NCBI GenBank assembly: GCA_051010195.1
Contig: JBPCVV010000118.1
Coordinates: 550 to 64,549, forward strand
DNA: 64,000 bases
Direction of reading: 5' to 3'
From: Anderseniella sp.
Lineage (GTDB): Bacteria > Pseudomonadota > Alphaproteobacteria > Rhizobiales > Aestuariivirgaceae
Part shown: in pieces, positions 60,266 to 64,000 of the stretch
Layout of the letters: each line of letters begins with the position of its first letter
Numbering within the stretch: the stretch's first letter is position 1
Made by a program: the position numbers and the translations under genes
Notes under the pieces: model-generated
Told to the model about the DNA's origin: nothing
The model's input: the letters and a program-made list of their open reading frames with translations, nothing else
The model's database searches: none

Positions 60266-61816
60266 CTACTCCCACTCGATAGTCCCGGGCGGCTTTGAGG
60301 TTATGTCGTAGACTACCCGGTTGATGCCGCGCACTTCGTTGATGATGCGGGTGGCGACGCGACCGAGGAAATCCATTTCGTAGGGAAAGAAATCCGCCGT
60401 CATGCCATCGACGGAGGTGACGGCGCGCAGCGCGCAGACAAATTCGTAAGTTCGACCGTCGCCCATGACACCGACCGTCTGGACCGGCAGGAGCACGGCA
60501 AATGCCTGCCAGATATCGTCATAAAGCCCGCCTTTTCGTATTTCGTCGAGGTAGATGGCGTCAGCTTCCTGCAGGATCCTGACCTTGTCGCGTGTGACCC
60601 CGCCCGGGCAGCGGATGGCCAGACCGGGCCCGGGAAACGGATGCCTGCCGATGAAACTTTCCGGCAGGCCCAGTTCGCGTCCAAGCGCCCTCACCTCGTC
60701 TTTGAACAATTCGCGCAACGGTTCGACGAGCTGCATGTGCATGCGCTCCGGCAGACCGCCGACATTGTGGTGAGACTTGATGGTGACCGACGGACCACCG
60801 GAGAACGACACGCTTTCGATCACGTCCGGATACAATGTGCCTTGCGCAAGGAATTCCGCACCACCGACTTTTTTGGCTTCACGTTCGAACTCCTCGATGA
60901 ACAGGCGCCCGATGGTTTTGCGCTTCGTCTCGGGATCGGCCTCGCCTTCGAGTGCGTCGAGGAATGTGTCGGCGGCATCCACCAGCACCAGCGGGATATT
61001 GTAGTTCTCGCGAAACATGGTGACGACCTGCTGCGCTTCGTCTTTGCGCATCAGGCCATGATCCACCAGGATGCAGGTCAGCTGATCGCCGATGGCCTGG
61101 TGGATGAGGACAGCCGCAACGGATGAGTCTACACCGCCGGACAGGCCGCAGATGACCCGGCCGGACCCGACCTGGTCACGGATGGCCGCAATTGCCTGGT
61201 CCTTGTAGGCCTCCATGGTCCAGTCACCGGTGAAACCGGCCAGCCGGACAAAGTTTTCATAGAGCTTTGCACCGCGCGGTGTGTGATGAACTTCCGGGTG
61301 AAACTGCACGGCAAAGAAATTGCGCGACGTGTCCGCCGTGATGGCATACGGCGCATTTGGCGACGTGCCGAACACCTCGAACCCCGGCGCGAGCCTTGAC
61401 ACATGATCACCATGGCTCATCCAGACCTGTTCTTCACCTGTATCAAACCAGCTGTCCAGCAAAGCCAGATTGCCGCCTTCCGGAGTCACATAGGCACGGC
61501 CAAATTCTGCAGTACCTTCACCGCGCTCAACCAGTCCGCCCAGGCAATGCATCATCACCTGCTGGCCATAACAGATCCCCAGCACCGGAACGCCGATGTC
61601 GAACACCGATGCAGGCGGCATGGGCGCCCCGTCATCGAACACTGATGCCGGCCCGCCGGACAGGATGACCGCCCTGGGTGAAAACTCTTTCAGGAAAGCA
61701 TCCGTGACGTTCTGGAAGGGGTGGATTTCGCAGTACACGCTCAGTTCGCGCAAACGCCGCGCAATGAGCTGGGTGACCTGCGAACCGAAGTCGATAATAA
61801 GGAGACGGTCTGTCAT
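60266..61816 (-). CDS. guaA: GMP synthase (glutamine-hydrolysing)
   Basis: [44 protein letters not shown]. Confidence 0.97.
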   Translation of the reverse strand: MTDRLLIIDFGSQVTQLIARRLRELSVYCEIHPFQNVTDAFLKEFSPRAVILSGGPASVFDDGAPMPPASVFDIGVPVLGICYGQQVMMHCLGGLVERGEGTAEFGRAYVTPEGGNLALLDSWFDTGEEQVWMSHGDHVSRLAPGFEVFGTSPNAPYAITADTSRNFFAVQFHPEVHHTPRGAKLYENFVRLAGFTGDWTMEAYKDQAIAAIRDQVGSGRVICGLSGGVDSSVAAVLIHQAIGDQLTCILVDHGLMRKDEAQQVVTMFRENYNIPLVLVDAADTFLDALEGEADPETKRKTIGRLFIEEFEREAKKVGGAEFLAQGTLYPDVIESVSFSGGPSVTIKSHHNVGGLPERMHMQLVEPLRELFKDEVRALGRELGLPESFIGRHPFPGPGLAIRCPGGVTRDKVRILQEADAIYLDEIRKGGLYDDIWQAFAVLLPVQTVGVMGDGRTYEFVCALRAVTSVDGMTADFFPYEMDFLGRVATRIINEVRGINRVVYDITSKPPGTIEWE

Positions 61817-61960
61817 AGCGAGCGGATACAGAAAAGCCGCCGAGTCCGCAAGACAAACAGGCAATCACACCTTCGGCTATTCACAGTTCCGGCGGATTTT
61901 GTGGTAACATGAGGCATTATGGCTGGAGGGCGTTTGCTCAGTTAAGAGGAGACGCTGTTT

Positions 61961-62143
61961 ATGAACGCGATACAAACCGCCGAACACGCCCGCGCTCTGA
62001 TTGATGCGTATGGCGAAAAGGCAGAGGCGCACGCGGCAAAGAAGGCCAACGAATTGCGCAATTCGGGCGAGCATCAGCATGCGGAAGCCTGGATGCAGGT
62101 TCGCAAGGCCATCATGCAGATGCGCGGATCACATGTGAGTTGA
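61961..62143 (+). CDS. Small helical hypothetical protein (60 aa)
   Basis: GAGGAG SD; ARALIDAYGEKAE..AA.K...W..VR.AI..MRG pattern resembles small conserved alphaproteobacterial proteins. Confidence 0.65.
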   Translation: MNAIQTAEHARALIDAYGEKAEAHAAKKANELRNSGEHQHAEAWMQVRKAIMQMRGSHVS

Positions 62144-62244
62144 AGATTGTTCCTGATCAGGCTCAGGTTCAAAGTCTTACGTTTTTCCCGGACACCAGTG
62201 CGTGAAGGCCGGACCTGTTTCAAAGGTGCCGACAGCATTGTAAA

Positions 62245-63552
62245 TCAATCGCTCGGTGCGCTGTCGTTGCGACGCATTACGGCAATGAAGAAGCCATCGG
62301 CATTGTGATCGGCGGGCGACAGGAGAAGCGTGTCCGTGCTGCCGTCCGATGACGCCGGAGGCTCCCCGGGAAGGCAATCCCTCCATACGTCGGCATAGGG
62401 AACGACGGCAAATTCCGCATTGGATGCGAGAAAAGACTCAACCTGGCCAGTGTTTTCTTCCGGCAACAAGGAACAAGTCACATAGATCAGTCGGCCACCC
62501 GGTTTGACCAGAGGCGCTGCACGGGCCAGTACGGCGCGCTGGTCAACACCGCGGTTGACGAGGCTTTCGCGCGTCAGCCGCCACTTTGCGTCGGGCTTGC
62601 GCCGCCACGAGCCGGAACCTGAACACGGAGCATCGACCAGTACCCGGTCCATGCGGCCAGCGAGTTCATCCAGCCTTTCAGGTTCGTCAGCGGGAACAAC
62701 CTGAACGTTATGCACCCCCGCCCGGTTCAGCCTCGCGATGATCGGCTTCAAGCGGTTCTTGTCAGCATCCCAGGCGTGTATCTGTCCCTTGTTGCCCATT
62801 GCGGATGCCAGCGCCAGAGTCTTGCCGCCTGCACCTGCACAGATGTCTGCGACCTGCTGGCCCGTCTCCACCGCACACAAGCGGGCTGCGACCTGCGATG
62901 CCGCATCCTGTATCTCAAAGGCGCCGCGCTGGAACGACGGTTCTGCTTCCAGATTGGGTGTGCGCCTCAACCCGTCCGGCACTTCAATGCGGATGCCATC
63001 AGGCGCAAACGGTGCTTCCAGCGCGTCGAACTTGGACAGCTGGTTGAGCAGTTTTTCCCGCGTCGTCTTCAGCGTGTTTGCCCGGATGTCCACCGGCGCG
63101 CGTGCGCTGAGCGCCCGGCCCTGGCGCACAGCACCATCGCCAAATGCTTTGATAAACGATGGCATCAGCCATTCCGGAATATTGGCCTGAATGTGAAGCG
63201 CCGCGTCCGGCGCAAGATCGCGCGACAGGGCTGCTGTTTCTTCTGCCGTCAACTCTCCGGGCCCGTGCCTAGACACACACAGTTCAGCCAGCTCTTCAAC
63301 GGTGATATCCATCAGCCCGACAGCACAGGCCAGAACCAGTGCCCGCGGCGCATCCGACCCCATCATGGATGCGAGAACGGCGCGCTGGCGCATAATGTCG
63401 TAGACGATATTGCCGATGGCAGCGCGGTCGCTGGAGCCGGCGAACCGGTGCGCCCTGCCCCAATCGGACAATGCCGCGTTGACCGGGCGATGACGGTCGT
63501 TAACCTCTGTAATGACCTCGATCGCAGCGGCAAGCCTGCCGGAAATATGCAT
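62245..63552 (-). CDS. RsmB/NOP family RNA m5C methyltransferase
   Basis: Start MHISGRL at 63552; EIQDAASQ, DICAGAGGK, VDAPCSGSG, YVTCSL, DGFFIA. Confidence 0.92.
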   Translation of the reverse strand: MHISGRLAAAIEVITEVNDRHRPVNAALSDWGRAHRFAGSSDRAAIGNIVYDIMRQRAVLASMMGSDAPRALVLACAVGLMDITVEELAELCVSRHGPGELTAEETAALSRDLAPDAALHIQANIPEWLMPSFIKAFGDGAVRQGRALSARAPVDIRANTLKTTREKLLNQLSKFDALEAPFAPDGIRIEVPDGLRRTPNLEAEPSFQRGAFEIQDAASQVAARLCAVETGQQVADICAGAGGKTLALASAMGNKGQIHAWDADKNRLKPIIARLNRAGVHNVQVVPADEPERLDELAGRMDRVLVDAPCSGSGSWRRKPDAKWRLTRESLVNRGVDQRAVLARAAPLVKPGGRLIYVTCSLLPEENTGQVESFLASNAEFAVVPYADVWRDCLPGEPPASSDGSTDTLLLSPADHNADGFFIAVMRRNDSAPSD

Positions 63553-63983
63553 CAGGTGGATCCTGTAGAAAAAGTATCGACTGCCAGCATGAGCCACATG
63601 ACGGTGACAGCGAAGACGCTGGTCAGAAAACTGGTGAACCGGACCGCTAATCTGTTCGATCCGCAATGGCAGACCGAATGCACGATGCGGGCGGCGACAA
63701 ATCCCCATGCCAGCCAGACGAACATCACGGAAACAGCCTGAATGGCAAGTGCCGTTGCCACGGCAGCGAAGAACAAGACCGGAATTTCAAACTGGTTCTT
63801 GTAGTTGTTGCTGGCCTTCATCACGTACGGCGGCCATACCCGGTCATCGAGCATCGCTTCCTCGTCGACTTTGCCTGCTTTGTATGCAGTGCGGCGCCGG
63901 GCACCCAGTACCAGCAACACGACGATGGTCAGCAGGACTTGCGCGCATGCCGCCAGTACGAGCAATTGCGGATGGCTGGCCAC
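63552..63983 (-). CDS. MAPEG family membrane protein
   Basis: NNYKNQFEIPVLF, FVAARIVHS; TGATG overlap with the RsmB-family gene. Confidence 0.87.
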   Translation of the reverse strand: MASHPQLLVLAACAQVLLTIVVLLVLGARRRTAYKAGKVDEEAMLDDRVWPPYVMKASNNYKNQFEIPVLFFAAVATALAIQAVSVMFVWLAWGFVAARIVHSVCHCGSNRLAVRFTSFLTSVFAVTVMWLMLAVDTFSTGST

Positions 63984-64000
63984 GCCTCAGCCCTGGCGCT

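Noticed and set aside
63984-64000. 3' end of an upstream gene (guaB expected from synteny)
   Set aside because: Only a few codons are visible, so it cannot be supported.
1-64000. tRNA, rRNA, CRISPR arrays, transposases, integrases
   Set aside because: No cloverleaf/T-loop signatures, regularly spaced repeats or recombinase motifs were seen.

Overview
This is a core-chromosome segment of a GC-rich alphaproteobacterium. A Hyphomicrobiales-like origin is inferred from synteny: holC-pepA/lptD-surA-pdxA-rsmA/gmk-yicC-mltG-fabF-acpP-fabG-fabD, rpsF-rpsR-rplI-cfa-dnaB-alr-mlaEF-radA-cvpA-purF, der-yfgM-panB-nnrU and MAPEG-rsmB-guaA. No tRNA, rRNA, CRISPR array, IS or prophage was recognised. Accessory content: (1) a peptide/nickel-type ABC importer; (2) a non-canonical Mrp Na+/H+ antiporter operon (E-F-G-[DUF4040+B]-C-D-D-small-D, no full MrpA), in which MrpG carries a histone-H1-like Lys/Ala/Pro tail and the third D-like subunit lacks a conserved lysine; (3) a patch with a decayed Zn-peptidase gene, tandem PilZ genes, an orphan Stealth phosphotransferase and a GST relic; (4) a rearranged outer-membrane biogenesis locus, with lptFG absent, a lipobox on SurA and a possible upstream mini-ORF or frameshift at lptD; (5) a strongly base-paired ~180-nt rpsF leader; (6) a BesD/HalD-like Fe/2OG oxygenase and a fasciclin gene inserted before radA; (7) a copper/redox patch with a Tat multicopper oxidase, a MOSC protein, two NnrU paralogs, and an RclR-like AraC divergent from DUF4142 plus a Tat cupredoxin; (8) two paralogous 4-Cys secreted proteins translationally coupled around a DksA/TraR zinc-finger gene. 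All calls come from motif recognition by eye; no database searches were run.
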